From assembly GCA_026770705.1 (NCBI GenBank), contig JANJGN010000004.1, forward strand, positions 191,952,001 through 192,016,000: a DNA stretch of 64,000 nucleotides, read 5' to 3'. Made by a program: the position numbers and the translations under genes. Source of the stretch: Isurus oxyrinchus. Lineage: Eukaryota. Positions 23,163 through 36,252 of the stretch are shown here, in pieces. Below the pieces are notes generated by a model. That model worked only from the letters and a program-made list of their open reading frames with translations. It was not told the origin of the DNA and made no database searches. Numbering within the stretch: the stretch's first letter is position 1; every line of letters starts with the position of its first letter.

Positions 23163-26100
23163 TCTATCAGGATTATTGATCTGGAAGCTGAAATGCAGAC
23201 ACTGCGCAACATATGGGAGGGGGAGAAATACCTGGATACTTTGTACCAGAAGACAGCCACACCTCTTAGAATAGGGTCATCTGTTTTGGTCAGCAGTGAG
23301 GGTCAGGAGGATGTGACTGTCAGTGAGACAGGTAATGGGACCGAGCAGACAGTAGGGGAGGAACCTCAGGCTTTGCAATTGTCAAACAGGTTTGAGGTGC
23401 TCACAGCCTGTGTGGATGAAAGCAAAGTCTGCAAGGTGGATGAGCTGGCTGGCTATGGCACTGTTGTACAGGTTCAAGGGTGGGGAGCAAAGAGGAAACC
23501 AGTGGTCGTAGGGGATAGTATAGTGAGGGGAATTGACACTCTTCTCTGCAGCGAAGAGCAAGAGTCCAGACGGCTGTGTTGCCTGACTGGTGCCAGGGTT
23601 TGGGACATCTTCTCAGGGCTGGAGAGGAATTTGCAGTGGGAGGGGGAGGATCCGGTTGTCGTGGTCCATGTAGGCACCAATGACGTAGCTAGAACTCGGA
23701 AAGACATTCAGCAAAGTCAGTATGAGGAGCTAGGTACCAAATTGGGAAGCAAATTAGGATTAGGCTGCAGGACGACAATGATCGGGTCCTTAATATTGAA
23801 GGGTACATGACATTCAAGAAGAATAGGAAGCTAGGTAATGGTGGAGGGTTAGCACTGTTAATCAAAGAAGGTATTGGTGCAATAGAGATGACATTGGTTC
23901 GGGAGATCAGGATGTAGTTTCGGTTTGGGTGGAGTAGGGGAAAAGATAATTAGTGGCAGTGGTCTACAGGCCCCCTAACACTAGCCACAGTGTAGGACAA
24001 AATATTCAAGAGAAAATATTGTGTGCTTGTGATAAAGGGACAGCAATAATCGTGGGCGATTTTAATCTACACATAAACTAGAAAAATCATATTGGCAGTA
24101 GTAGCCTGGATGAGGAGTTTTTAGCAGGCTTTCAAGATAGTTTCTTAGAGCAGCATGTTCTGGAGCCAACCAGAAAGCAGGTTATATTAGATTTGGTATT
24201 GTGTAACATGACAGGATTCATTAATGACCTCAGAGTAAAGGCATCCCCAGTAGTAGCGACCACAATATGATTGAATTTTACATCTGGTTTGAAAGGGAGA
24301 AGAGTGGGTCTAAGACTAGTATCTTAAACTTAAATAAGGGCAACAATGTGGGAAAGAAAGCTGAGCTAGTTGAAATGAACTGGGGAATTAGGCTGGAGGA
24401 TAGATCAATAGAAAAGCAGTGGCAGATATTTAAGGGGATCTTTCAGTGTATTCAGAGTAAGTACATTCCTACTATAAAGAAAATTTCTAAGGGGAGGACC
24501 CACCATTGTGGTTAACTAGAGGTTAAAGAAAGCATCAAACTTAAGGAAAAAACATACAACTCAGCAAAGATGAGTGACATGCCAGTTGATTGGATAGGAC
24601 CTAAAGAATGGCAGTGAATGACTAAAATGTTAATCAAGAGAAAGAAATGAGTGTGTGAGAGGAAGCTAGCTAGAAATACAAAAACAGATAGCAAGAGTTT
24701 CTACAGATACTTAATAGAAAAAAAAGAAGCAAAGTGAGTGTTTGTACTCTAGAGAGTGATAGTAGATAGGAAGGAAATGGCAGAAGAAATGAACAAATAT
24801 TTTGCTTCTGTGTTCACTATAGATGATACTAAAACCATTCCAGTAATAGCTGCAAATCAGGAGGTGAACGGGAGAAAGGAACTTGGTGAAATTGAAATCA
24901 CTAGGGAAATGGTACTGAGCAAATTGATGGAGCTGCAGCTCTCTAGGACTACACTCTAGGGTCTTAAAAGAGGTGGGTAATGAGATAGTCGATATGCTGG
25001 TATTAATTTACCAAAATTTGTTAGATTCTGGAAAGGTTCCATCAGATTGCAAAGGAGCAAGTATAACCCCTCTAGTCAAGAAGGGAGGGAGGCAGAAAAC
25101 AGGAAACTATAGGCCAGTTAGCTTGATGTCTGTCATGGGGAAGTTATTAGAAGCGATCATTAAGGAGGTTGTAGCTGGGCACTTAGAAGAGCTCAAGGCA
25201 ATTGGGAAGAGTCAAGGTTTTGTGAAAGGGAAATTATGTTTAACCAATTCATTGGAGTTTTTTGAAGGAGTAACATGTGCAGTGGATGAAGGGGAGGCTG
25301 TAACGTACTGTATTTGGGTTTCCAGGAGTCATTTGTTAAGGCGCCACATCAAAGATTATTATGGAAAATTAAAGTGCATGGTGTAGTGGGTAACATATTA
25401 GTATGGATAGAAGATTGGCTGGTAAGCAGAAAGCAGAGGGTATGCGTAAATGGGTCTTTTCTGATTAGCAGGATGTGACGAGTGGAGTCCCAAAGGGGTC
25501 TGTACTGGGGCCTCAACTTTTTACGATTTACATCAGTGACTTAGATGAGGGGAGTGAAGACATGGTAGCTAAATTTACAGATGACACAAAGTTGGGTAGG
25601 AAAGGATGTTGTGAAGAGGACATGAGATTGCAGACGGATATAGATAGATTGAGTGAGTGGGCAAAGATCTAGCAAATGGAGTTTAACGTGGGAAAATGTG
25701 AAGTTGTTCACTTTGGCAGGAAGAAAGTAGAGTACTGCTTAAATGGAGAACGGCTGCATAACTCTGAGGTGCAGAGGGATCTAAGGGTTCTAGCACATGA
25801 GACACAAAAAGTTAATATTTAAGTATAGCAAATAATTAAGAGGGCTAATGGAATGCTATTCTTTATTATGAACAGAAAAGTAAGGATGTTATGCTTCAGT
25901 TACACAGGGCATTGGTGAGATCGCACCTCGAATACTGGGTGCAGTTTTGGTTTCCTTATTTAAGGAAGGATGTAAATGCGTTGGAGATGGTTCAGAGGAG
26001 GTTTACTAGAGTGATACCCAGAATGAGTGGGTTGTCTTATGAGGAAAGGCTGCACAGTCTGGGCTTGTTTCCACTGGAGTTTAGAAGGGTGATTTGATTG

Positions 26101-26470
26101 ACGTATACAAATCCTGAACGGACTTGACAAGGTGAACGTTGAAAGGATGTTTCCTCTTGTGGGTGAGTCCAGAACTAGTGGACACTGTTTTAAAATTAGG
26201 GGTCGCCCCTTTAGGACAGAGATAAGGAGAATTTTTTTCTCTTAGAGGGCTGTGTCACTTTGGAATTCTCCGCCTCAGAAGGAGGTGGAGGCGGGGTCAT
26301 AGAATATTTTTAAGGCAGAGGTAGATAGATTCTTAGTAGGCAAGGGAATCAAAGGTTTTCAGGGTTAAATGGGAATGTGGAAACCAAAACACACGGAGAT
26401 CAGCCATGATCTTATTAAATGGTGGAGCAGGCCCGAGGGGCCTGTTCCTATTTCTTATGTTCTTATGTTT

Positions 26471-27782
26471 CTGGTCAATAGGATATTGATAATAGGGGAT
26501 TCAGTGATGGTAATGCTATTGAACGTTAAGGGGTGATGGTTAGATTCTCTCTTGTTGTAGACGGTCATTGCCTGGTACTTGTGTGGAGCAAATGTTACTT
26601 GCCACTTGTCAGTCCAAGCCTGGATATTGTCCAGGTTTTGCTGCATTTGGACATGGACTGCTTCAGTATCTGAGGAGACATGAATGATGCGGAACGTTGT
26701 GCAATCATTATGATGGAAGGAAGGTCGTTGATGAAGCAGCTGAAGATGATTGGGCCGAGGACACAACCCTGAGGAACTCCTGCAGTGATGTCTGGAGCTG
26801 AGATGATTGACCTCCATCAACCACAATCATCTTCCTTTGTGCTCAGTATGATTCCAACTAGTGGAGATTTTTCCCCTGATTCCCATTGACTCCAGTTTTG
26901 CTAGGGCTCCTTGATGCCACACTTGGTCAAATGCTGCCTTGATGTCAAGGGCAGTCACTCTCACCTCGCCTTGGGGGTTCAGCTCTTTTGTCCATGTTTG
27001 AACCAAGGCTATAATGAGGTCAGGAGCTGAGTGGCCCTGGCGGAACCCAAACTAGACGTCCGTGAGCAGGTTATTGCTAAGCCAGCGCTGCTTGATAGCA
27101 CTGTTAATGACCTCTTCCATTACTTTACTGATGGTCGATAGTAGACTGGGTGGTAATTGGCTGGGTTGCATTTGTCCTGCATTTTGTGTACAGGACATAC
27201 CTGGGCAATTTTCCACATAGCTGACTAGATGCCAGTGTTGTAGCTGTACTGGAACAGCTTGGCTAGGAACCAAGCTCTGGAGCACAAGTCTTCAGTACTA
27301 TTGCTGGAATATTGTCAGAGCCCATAGCCTTTGCATTATACAGTGCCTTCAGCTGTTTCTTGATATCACTTGGAGTGAATCGGATTGTCTGAAGACTGGC
27401 ATCTGTGATGCTGGGGACCTCTGGAGAAGGCTGAAATGGATCATCCACTCGACACTTCTGGCTGAAGATTGCAGCAAATGCTTCAGCCTTATCCTTTGCA
27501 CTGATGTGCTGGGTCCCCCATCATTGAGGATGGGGATATTTGTGGAGCCTCCTCCTCCAGTGAGTTGTTTAATTGTCCACCACCATTCACGAATGTGTGT
27601 GGCAAACTGTAGAGCTTAGATCTGATCTGTTGGTTGTGGGATTGTTTAGCTCTCTCTGTCAATTGCTGCTTATGCTGTTTGGCACACAAGTAGTCCTGTG
27701 TTATAGCTTCACCAGGTTGACACCTCATTTTTAGGTATGCCTGGTGCTGCACCTGGCATGCCCTCCTGCAATCTTCACTGAA
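26471..27782 (-). mobile_element. Family-B LINE ORF fragment
   Basis: Minus-strand RT motifs (AMGSDNIPAIVLKTCAPEL; QNLDNIQAWTDKWQVTF). Confidence 0.88.
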
Positions 27783-28238
27783 TCTGCTGATCTGATCAGC
27801 TACTCCCACCTAACCTTCAGTATTTCCTTAAATACATTCCTTCCCTTTGGGCTCTCTATTGTCTCAAACAATCTCTTCAGAAATACTTTTCTTCCCAGAA
27901 CTGATTAGACGTTTCTTTACTTTAGCTCTCAGGTTTAAGAAAAAGTAGACTTACTCTATTTTAACCTGATTTACTTAAACTGTTTTTTTAGCAACCTGTA
28001 CACATCCCCCTCTGAACTAAAACAACTCAGTTCAAAATTACTCTTGTTATTGCTTTATGTAAAATTCTGACTGAAGTTCCTCTTGGATCATTAACATATC
28101 AAAACCACTTCTTACTGCTGGTTTTAGGCTCTTGCAGTTACTCTGGATTTTACTCCAGTTACCATATTTACATCCCAACAGCCCATCTTCCAGTACATAA
28201 GAATATGACAGGGTTATTAACAGAAGAAAAATATTACA
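27783..28238. mobile_element. Probable distal remainder of the LTR that begins at 19847
   Basis: AT-rich non-coding sequence ending ...ATATTACA, like other LTR termini here; assignment is inferred. Confidence 0.4.
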
Positions 28239-28249
28239 ATCTCTTATTT

Positions 28250-30430
28250 TCTGGACACCCTCCCTGAAGTCCCGTCACAGCGCTCACACCCACACCGTCC
28301 ACCAGCGCAGGCACACACCTTGGTGGGACCTAGATCTATAGTAGCCTCGGGATCACAATCTGGCAAGAACATCACACTCTCTGATCCACAGCAGGCGGAG
28401 GCAGGGACTTCCCAGGTCTCCGGCACTTGGAGGGCTGCTGGAGGCCAGAAATTTGCTGAATCCAAGTCAGATGATGAGCCTCTGGACTCGGTCATGTCAC
28501 AGTTGCTGGAGGTGCAATGGCAAGCTAGGGAACATCAGGAAGCAATGTCCGCTGCACTCCCCCAGTGGAGGCGTCCGTCTGCCTTCAGGCAGAAGTGACA
28601 GCGTCGACATGCCAGCCTCGGTGAGAGGTCAACACTGGTAGGATGGCAGCTGCCCTGGAGACCTTGCTCCAGGATGTCACTCCTGCACTGCTGCGCGGGC
28701 TGAACTGCATCGCCGATGCCATATTTGACCTCCAACACTGTGTATGCGAGAGGGGTGCAGGACAGCATGGATGTCATCAGCCACGTCCTCTACAGGTAGC
28801 CCTTGTTGCCTAGGGGCCAACCCTACAGCCTCTGTGGACCCTGGAAGACGTCAGGGATCTGTGACTGACTGAGAATGTAGGAGTCGTGTCCTCTCCTTGG
28901 AAACTGTGCGCAGACCTGCAGGATGCGCTTGTGGTGGTCGCACACCAGCTGCACATTCAGTGAATGGAAGCCCTTGCAGTTGATAAGAGTTCACCCCTTT
29001 GTTGCGACGGAGATCTGAGCGCCACATGAGTTCAGTCGATCGCACCCTGCACTCGTGGGAAACCCGCGATCTGGGCAAATCCAAACAGTCTTTCATCCTG
29101 GCTCCCATGGTCCCGGGCAAAATGCACAAAGTTGTGTTCCCTCACGAAGATGGTGCCTGTGATCTCATGGATGCATTTGTGGTGGAGGCTTGTGATACCC
29201 CACAGAGGTCACCTTTGGAGCCCTGAAAGGAGCCACTGGCATAAAAATTGAGCACCACAGTCACTTTCACGGCCACTGGCAGTGGATGCCCTCCATGTCC
29301 CCAAAGGACCAACTCCTGTAGTAGTTGGCAGATGTGACCAACCAGTTCCCTAAACATGCGCAATCTTTGGTGACACTGTTTGTTGGTCATCTGCAGGAAT
29401 GAAAGGCGGCGTCAATAGACCCAGGGTCTAGCTAGGTGCCAACCAGTGCCGGCTCGCTGTGGCTCTTCAGCAGCATGTGCGGGAGCCCCAGCTGCCTCTT
29501 CGTCCTGAGGGTGCTGCTCCTCCCTCTGTGCAGCCAGGCACCTCCGTCGCTCTCTTCTCCATCATCACTGCTCACTGCAGGCCATAAGGCATACAGCTAG
29601 TTCACCAGGCTCCATGATCCTAATGTACTCCTGCAGGATGAAAGAGAGAGACATGTGGGTTAGCTTGGGTGTACTAAGAACTTGGCCTGGTTAGGTGTGC
29701 AGGCCCCCTAACACATCTTGAACAGCGAGTTTAGTGCGCTGCATGGCTGCTCAAAACCCCACCCCCCTCTGCCTCACTCCATCTGACCGATTGGCGGCTG
29801 CTTTGCCCATTGGACTGCAGGCTGTGCTCTCAGTTCAAGCCCAGGCATTTTCCTAACCCACACTGCAAGGCTGCTCTGTTAGCTTGAACCATGGGGGAGA
29901 CTGGTCCAAACCAGGATGCTGACATTGCCAAGGGGCTGTGAGCACCTCCACCAGTGACTGCTCCATGGCCCAGCTTCAGCAAGGAGATTGTACAATGTGT
30001 CCAGTCGTCCAACTATTCTGCAGTTCACTAAAACACTCATTAGTTTGCAGTCTGTGCCCAAGGAGGGAATAGCTCTGGAGCACTCGGTGGCACTTTCATG
30101 CCCCTGCATTGCTCGAGTGGGCAGATAAGCTAGAGGCCCAACTCCACGCGTGTCAATGTGGCTGCGCCTGAACTGTCTCTTCTGTAGAGGAATGGTCACT
30201 TTATACTTTCCCTAATGCGTATCTGCTTCCCTCCCCCAACCTGCATGTGCTTGTGCATGACCTTCAGCCACAGGGCAGACCTTGGCACCCCCCACCTCCT
30301 CCCCAATGTGCCTCAACTGCAAGGCAGCCTTTGCCCCTATCTTCAAGTCTCCTCAACCGCAGGGCAGCCCAGGGTGCATAAAACTCGCATGTCTTATCTG
30401 TAGATGAGCGAGAAGCAGTGTCACTGGTGT
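28250..30430 (-). mobile_element. Degenerate Harbinger (Myb gene remnant on + at 28250-28770; transposase on - at about 28780-29620)
   Basis: GGHPLPVAVKVTVVLNFYASGSFQGSKGDLCGVSQ on -; SDDEPLDSVMSQLL on +. Confidence 0.82.
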
Positions 30431-30499
30431 CTCCTTTTGCCAAGGCCCAAAATTACGCCAACTTTGACAGAGGTGAGCAAGCTAAGATGCTAGAGCACT

Positions 30500-31190
30500 G
30501 GGCTTTATTGAGATTTCTAGATTCCCATAGGTGCAGGGTACCGTCAATTGCACTCATGTGGCTATAAAGGCTCACGGGCCAGAGGCACTCCAACACACAA
30601 ACAGGAAAGGCTTTCAATCGCTCAATGTACAGCTGGTCTGTGACCATAAGGAACTTATCATGCAGGTTCCCTGGAAGCGTCCACGACTTATACATCTTGA
30701 GTAGACCACAGATGCTGGACATCTTTGAGGAACCCACAGCATCCAGGGCTGGCTCCTCGATGACAAAAGGTACCCGCAAAGGACATGGCTGATGACGCCT
30801 GTACAGCAGCTCAGACTCCTGTAGAGAGAAGGTACAACGAAGCTCACGTTGTTACCTGAGCATTAGTGGAGCACACCATAGGGATCTTAAAGATATGATT
30901 CCGATGCCTGGGGAGATCAGGTGGAGCACTCCAGTACACTCCTCAGAGGGTCTCATGGATCATTGTGGTTTGCTGTGCGCTGCACAACCTGGCACTGCAA
31001 AGGCTGGAGGACATGCCAGATGCTGAGATGGAGGAGCTGCACATCTGCTCTGCTGAGGAGGGTGTTGAAGGGGATGAGGCGTTGAGTTCGAGGAAGCAGA
31101 AGCTGCAAGGGAAGAGCACATAGCACAAGCCAGACAAGACAGACATGCACGTGAGACCCTCATTGCCACCAGATTCCATGAGATGATGAG
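30500..31190 (+). mobile_element. Harbinger transposase C-terminal remnant
   Basis: NRKGFQSLNVQLVCDH, FPGSVHD, GWLLDDKRYP, IIVVCCALHNLAL. Confidence 0.8.
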
Positions 31191-31743
31191 GAGTTGCAGT
31201 GAGTACCCTCTTGGACAAGTGCCTTCCATCATGGGCCAGCATGAACAACGGCGTTGCTATTTCTCTCACTTCAACCGTGCACTTCAGGATGATGAAGACT
31301 TGGGTGCATCTGTCCTTGCTGAGAGTGCTAACTGGACAAGGGAGTCCTGGGAACAGATGTCAGGAGGTGTTGCCTCTTCAAGCATATCTCCAGCATCCCG
31401 GTCGCAACAGCAGCCGACAAGAGCCAGGAGCTGTCCCACCATCCTCAGCGGGCTCGTAGCTGTAAAGCCTTCAGTGTGACAAAGCTCCTCAAGGAGATCC
31501 ATCCCCAGCAATGGGACAATGCATTCTGTGTACTGTCAATGGTGAAACCGATAGGTGACACTTGGGCCTAGGCAGTTGAGGACGTTCTGCAGGTGTGCAT
31601 CTGTTCTGACATAACTCAATCCCCTGTGACACCTTCTTCTCTATCACAGTAATATCTGGCACTCTCAATTAGGGATGTTGGCCTGCTTTATCCTCACCTT
31701 ACTATGTGTGTGGACCACCTGAGGATGACGACATTCAACCATT

Positions 31744-32604
31744 TGGTACAGCACAGCAGATGGTAAATGCTGAGCTGCTCAAATCCCAGAGGGAAACTTG
31801 AAACAGTTGCCACAACTGTTTTGCAATTTGTATTTTTATTTCGAGATGCATGCCTTGAATTCAGCAGTAATAAGTCCACCGAGTCTTAGAGGTTTTTACA
31901 AAACTAAATTAAACATTTACTAATAGTGGAAAAGATTTTAAGCACACACACAAATTACTACTATAATAACTCCTAATTCCCCTAATTAAGCTGACTTCCA
32001 GTTACACCTCTGTTAAGGCAATAGTAAAACAAAATAGATTTCAAAAGACTCAGGCAAACCACACAATACCCTGGGATATTCAAAGTGAGTATTCTCAGCT
32101 TTTGTTCCTGTATACATCAGCTTGATGCCCAGAGACTGGAGCCTTTTCACACTTGTTAAATCTTAGAACATGTTCCTCCTTACAAATAACCTTATGTCCT
32201 TTATACATGGTTCCCCATTTTGATGTAAATCCCATTGTTCTAATGTCTTTGCAACGTTACTATTTCCATAACATAAATCTTTCATAGTACTCATTTTATC
32301 AATAGCCTTTGGGAAAAATAAACACACTGTTTGACTTAGCTTCATATGGCTAGGTGTAACATCCCATCATCTCTTTGAAATTCAAACTACTTTGGTTTAT
32401 CTTCAAACCTCACATTCTAAAACTTCAGACATGTTTACGTATTTAGCATTTCAAACCTAGCTTCCCTTTTTACCACTCAAAAGCTCCAGACTAGCTGTCT
32501 GCAATTCACACAGCCACACAAAGAAACTAATCCAAACCCCATGATTGATCAACCTTTAGAATAAATCACAATAATATTATGAAAATTATTGTATTTTCAT
32601 GACA
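31744..32604. mobile_element. Solo LTR with 4-bp TSD
   Basis: TG...CA termini. TSD CATT at 31740-31743 and 32605-32608. 5' part similar to the LTRs at 19847 and 46545. Confidence 0.8.
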
Positions 32605-33639
32605 CATTTATGTGCCAGACATTAAAATGCCTCCTGTTTAAGACACACATTGTGCCCTGGTCCTTGCAAACTCCAAAATTCTCAGACACCATGAAGACCT
32701 CAAGGTCACAAGTCATTGCTAATAAAGAGCAGACTTCAGCTTCAGTACATCCCCACTCCTATCCCATTGCTTCCCTCAGCATTGACTAAAGCTATGATGT
32801 GCACTTCTAGAGCACGCTCAAAGGCTTTATTGTCCGCCAAATATCACCATTTGCAATTAGGATCACTTGACTTATCGAACATTTAGGCAATGGTTTGCAC
32901 AGCACTGCATCCCAACATTGTGACGAGAACTTTGTGGCTACAATTCAGACAATTACAGATTGAGATCCACTCAAGGTTGTAGGTTCGAGCGGTAATAATG
33001 TCGGCTCCAGGGTAATAATGTGGCTGAGAGAGACAGAGCTTCAGCAACTTGAAGTGGCAAGATCCTCCCATTTATTGTCAGCTTAGCAGATGTACACTCA
33101 GAAATTCAGAAATGCGGTTGGCAGCAGCGCACACAAGCACTGAGTATGGGCTCATAGTGTGAAAATCCTGCTGGAAGGCAGAGAGCACATGGAGTTGCAC
33201 GATATATGATCCTTCTCCATGCGTGAAGACATCTCTCCTTGTACACTACGTCTTCAGCTTTCACGGATGCAGATGAAATAGGATAACATTAACATATGAA
33301 CATACGAATTAGGACCTCTGCCTCAATCTCACACAGCCAAGAATAAACATAACATGACCCTGCCAAACATGAGAATGAGGTTTGTTCCAAAGTACACTTA
33401 ACATTAAAGTCAAGGCATCATTGATGTCGAGAGTGATTTGGAAAAGGGCCACACACTGTGGTGATATGGAAACACACTACATGAACGAGAGGCCCACGAT
33501 AGCGACGTGCGATAGATAAGTGGGGGGAGGGACCATGGTATCAACCTGATTGACAGCAACGCAGCTCATCAGAAACAAGAGGCAGGTGCAAGAGGAGATG
33601 TGGAATGGGTGCAATTCTATTTACATTTGTGAATATTAT

Positions 33640-36250
33640 ATACATGCTGTGAACACATGTGCCACCATTGTGCTCCTAAATCTTTTTAACTTTCCTAACC
33701 CAACCTCCACAGTGGAGATGGAGGCAGCCTGCTGACTGCTACATCCCGTTGTCTGTGATGACCTTGGTGGGCGCCCTTGGAGGGTTGTGACCTGGAGGGC
33801 CTCGGCCTGCTTTGGATATCCTGCTGTGGGGCAGCTGGACGCTGGAAGCTCCTCGGCCTGTGGAGCTGGAGGTGATGGGTCACGGGAAGAGGGGATTGGG
33901 ATCGGCAGGACAGTCCCGGAGTCATCTGGGTGGATGGCCCTGGGGTGTTGAGCTGCTGGTCCACCTCCCTTTGGGTACCAGAGGGCCCCTAGCTTACTCC
34001 TTGAGCATAAGGGGCAGCTGGAGTGAGATCTGGGTGCCCTGCACCCCTCTCGTGTAGCTACTGATAAATGCCACCAAGTGCTACAGCAATGGAGTGTTGC
34101 TCCTGCAGCAGTGCAGGACTGATTCCTGGACCAAGATCTCCATGGCAGCTGCCATCCTACCAATGTTGGCCTTGGTGCACGCTAGCGCTATCACCTCCGA
34201 CTGAAAGCGGACGGACTCCTCCTTCGCCCATTGCAATCTGAGGAATGCAGCTGACACCCCTTCCTGATGTTTGCGTGATTGTCGCTGCAGCTACACGGAC
34301 TGATTGAGGACCGAGTCCAGAGGCTCGTCATCTGACTCGGATGCAGCAGGATACTGTACTGATGAACTCAGATGTCCCTGCCTCCACCTGCTGTGGACCA
34401 GATAGTGTGCTGTGTGCTCACTAGATCGTGACCTCAAGGCTGCTCTAGAAATAGATCCCACCAGGTGTGTATCTCTCCACTGGTGGAGGGTGTGGGTGAG
34501 CGCTGTGACAAGTCTTCTATGTATGGTGCTCTCCTCTGGTTCCTCATCTGAGGTGTCGTTGGGGCTGGAGCTGAGGGCCTGCCTTGTGGATGCCCTTGAG
34601 TGCTTTCCAAAGGTGCCTATGAAAGAAAGGGGAGATAATTAGTGCATGGCAGGTGACACTAAAACAGGACAATGGACTCACAGTATGGCTGTCTGAGGAA
34701 TGAGCTGGTGCAGGGTCCTCATTTTGGTGTGCACTGCACACCTCTTTCACCGCAGGCAGGGTTCATATCCTCTCCGACCAGCTCGATGGCTCGATTCTCG
34801 TAGGAAGTGAGAACCTTGATTTTGGCCACTCCACTCCCGGTCTGAGACCACTCCCTTCAATCATGTGAGAACTTGTCCTGCATAAAGACAGATGGAGAGT
34901 GTGAGTAGGACGCATGCCAGGGCAGATGATAAGGATACCTGCCATGTGTGGATGCTGAGTGCAACCATGGATGGGATGAGGATGTGAACTGTGGAGGATA
35001 TGAGGCTAGAGGGATATGTGAAGGTTTGTGTGAGACAGTGAATGGTGATTTTTTTAAAAATTCATTCATGGGATGTGGGTGTTGCTAGCTAGGCCAGCAT
35101 TTATTGCCCATCCCAAATTACTCTTGAGAAGGTGGTGGTGAGCTGCCTTCTTGAACCACTGCAGTCTATGAGGTGTAGGTACATCCATAGTGCTGTTAAG
35201 GAGGGAGTTCCAAGATTTTAATCCAGTGTCAGTGAAGGAATGGTGATATATTTCCAAGTCAGGTTGGTGTGTGGCTTGGAGGGGAACTTCCAGGTGGTGG
35301 TGTTTCCATCTATCTGATGCTCTGGTCCTTCTAGATGGTAGTGGTCATAGGTTTAGAAGGTGCTGCCTAAGGAGCCTTTGAATTCCTGCAGTGCATCTTG
35401 CAGATGGTACACACTGCTGCTACTGTGCGTCGGTGGTGGAGGGAGTGAATGTTTGTGGATGTGGTGCCAATCAAGCGGGATGCTTTGTCCTGGATGGTGT
35501 CAAGCTTCTCAAGTTTTGCTGGAGCAGCACTCATCCAGGCAATTGTGGAGTATTCCATCACACTCCTGACTGGAGCTTTGTAGATGGTGGAGGGGCACTG
35601 GGGAGTCAGGAGGTGAATTACTTGCTGCAGGTTTCCTAACCTCTGACCTGCTCTTGCAACCACAGTATTCATATGGCTGGTCCAGTTCAGTTTCTGGTCA
35701 TTGGTAACTCCCAGGGTGTTATGAGCCTTGAGCTGGAAGCGTGTAAGATGCCATTGAATGTGTGATGGGCTGGTGAGTGTGTGAGTTGAGAGTGATGAGA
35801 TGGTTGACTTACCCTGGTGGCACGGATGAGATCGCCTCTTTCTGCATTGGGTGTGCCACATAGTGAGTTTGCTGGACCTCCTGTGGTCAGAGCGGTGGTA
35901 CAAGACATCGCAGTGGGCCTCGACTGCATCTAGCAGGCGTTCCAGGGAGGTGTCACTGAACTTCGGAGCAGCAGGCTTCTTCCGTTTGGTGGAGCAGTTC
36001 TGGTCTGCAGACAACAAAAAAGCTGTGCACGCGTGCTGTTTAAATATGGCACCTGGAGTGAAGAAGCGGTGAGCTCACCGATGGGCAGGCAAATCAAAGA
36101 CTGCTCACCCGTGATCCAGTGTGTTACCCCTGCGTGCAAATAATTAATGCGGCGGCAAGTGGATAATTTGGCACGAAAACCCGCCATTAAGGCCGGCAGG
36201 TAGAATGTTGATTCTCATGCCCATTGTTGGACTTAGTGCAATGAGAGGGA
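33640..36250 (-). mobile_element. Harbinger Myb/SANT gene remnant and terminal region, interrupted by a family-B LINE
   Basis: AAPKFSDTSLERLLDAVEAHCDVLY...QCRKR at 36017-35820; QGRPPRSS C-terminus at about 33770. Confidence 0.78.
35068..35720 (-). mobile_element. Family-B LINE 3' end
   Basis: LGVTNDQKLNWTSHM...IYKAPVRSVMEYS; family-B tail. Confidence 0.9.
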
Positions 36251-36252
36251 AG

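Larger units (their letters stand above)
20957..26470 (+). mobile_element. Near full-length old CR1 LINE (5' UTR, ORF1 zinc-finger/coiled-coil/SGNH esterase, ORF2), split by a younger CR1
   Basis: CCSCGMWE...CGKC at about 21526-21600 resumes as IRIIDLEAEMQTLR at about 23166. VVVGDSIVRG, VVHVGTND and ORF2 motifs follow, ending in a ttcttatg tail at 26451-26470. Confidence 0.85.
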
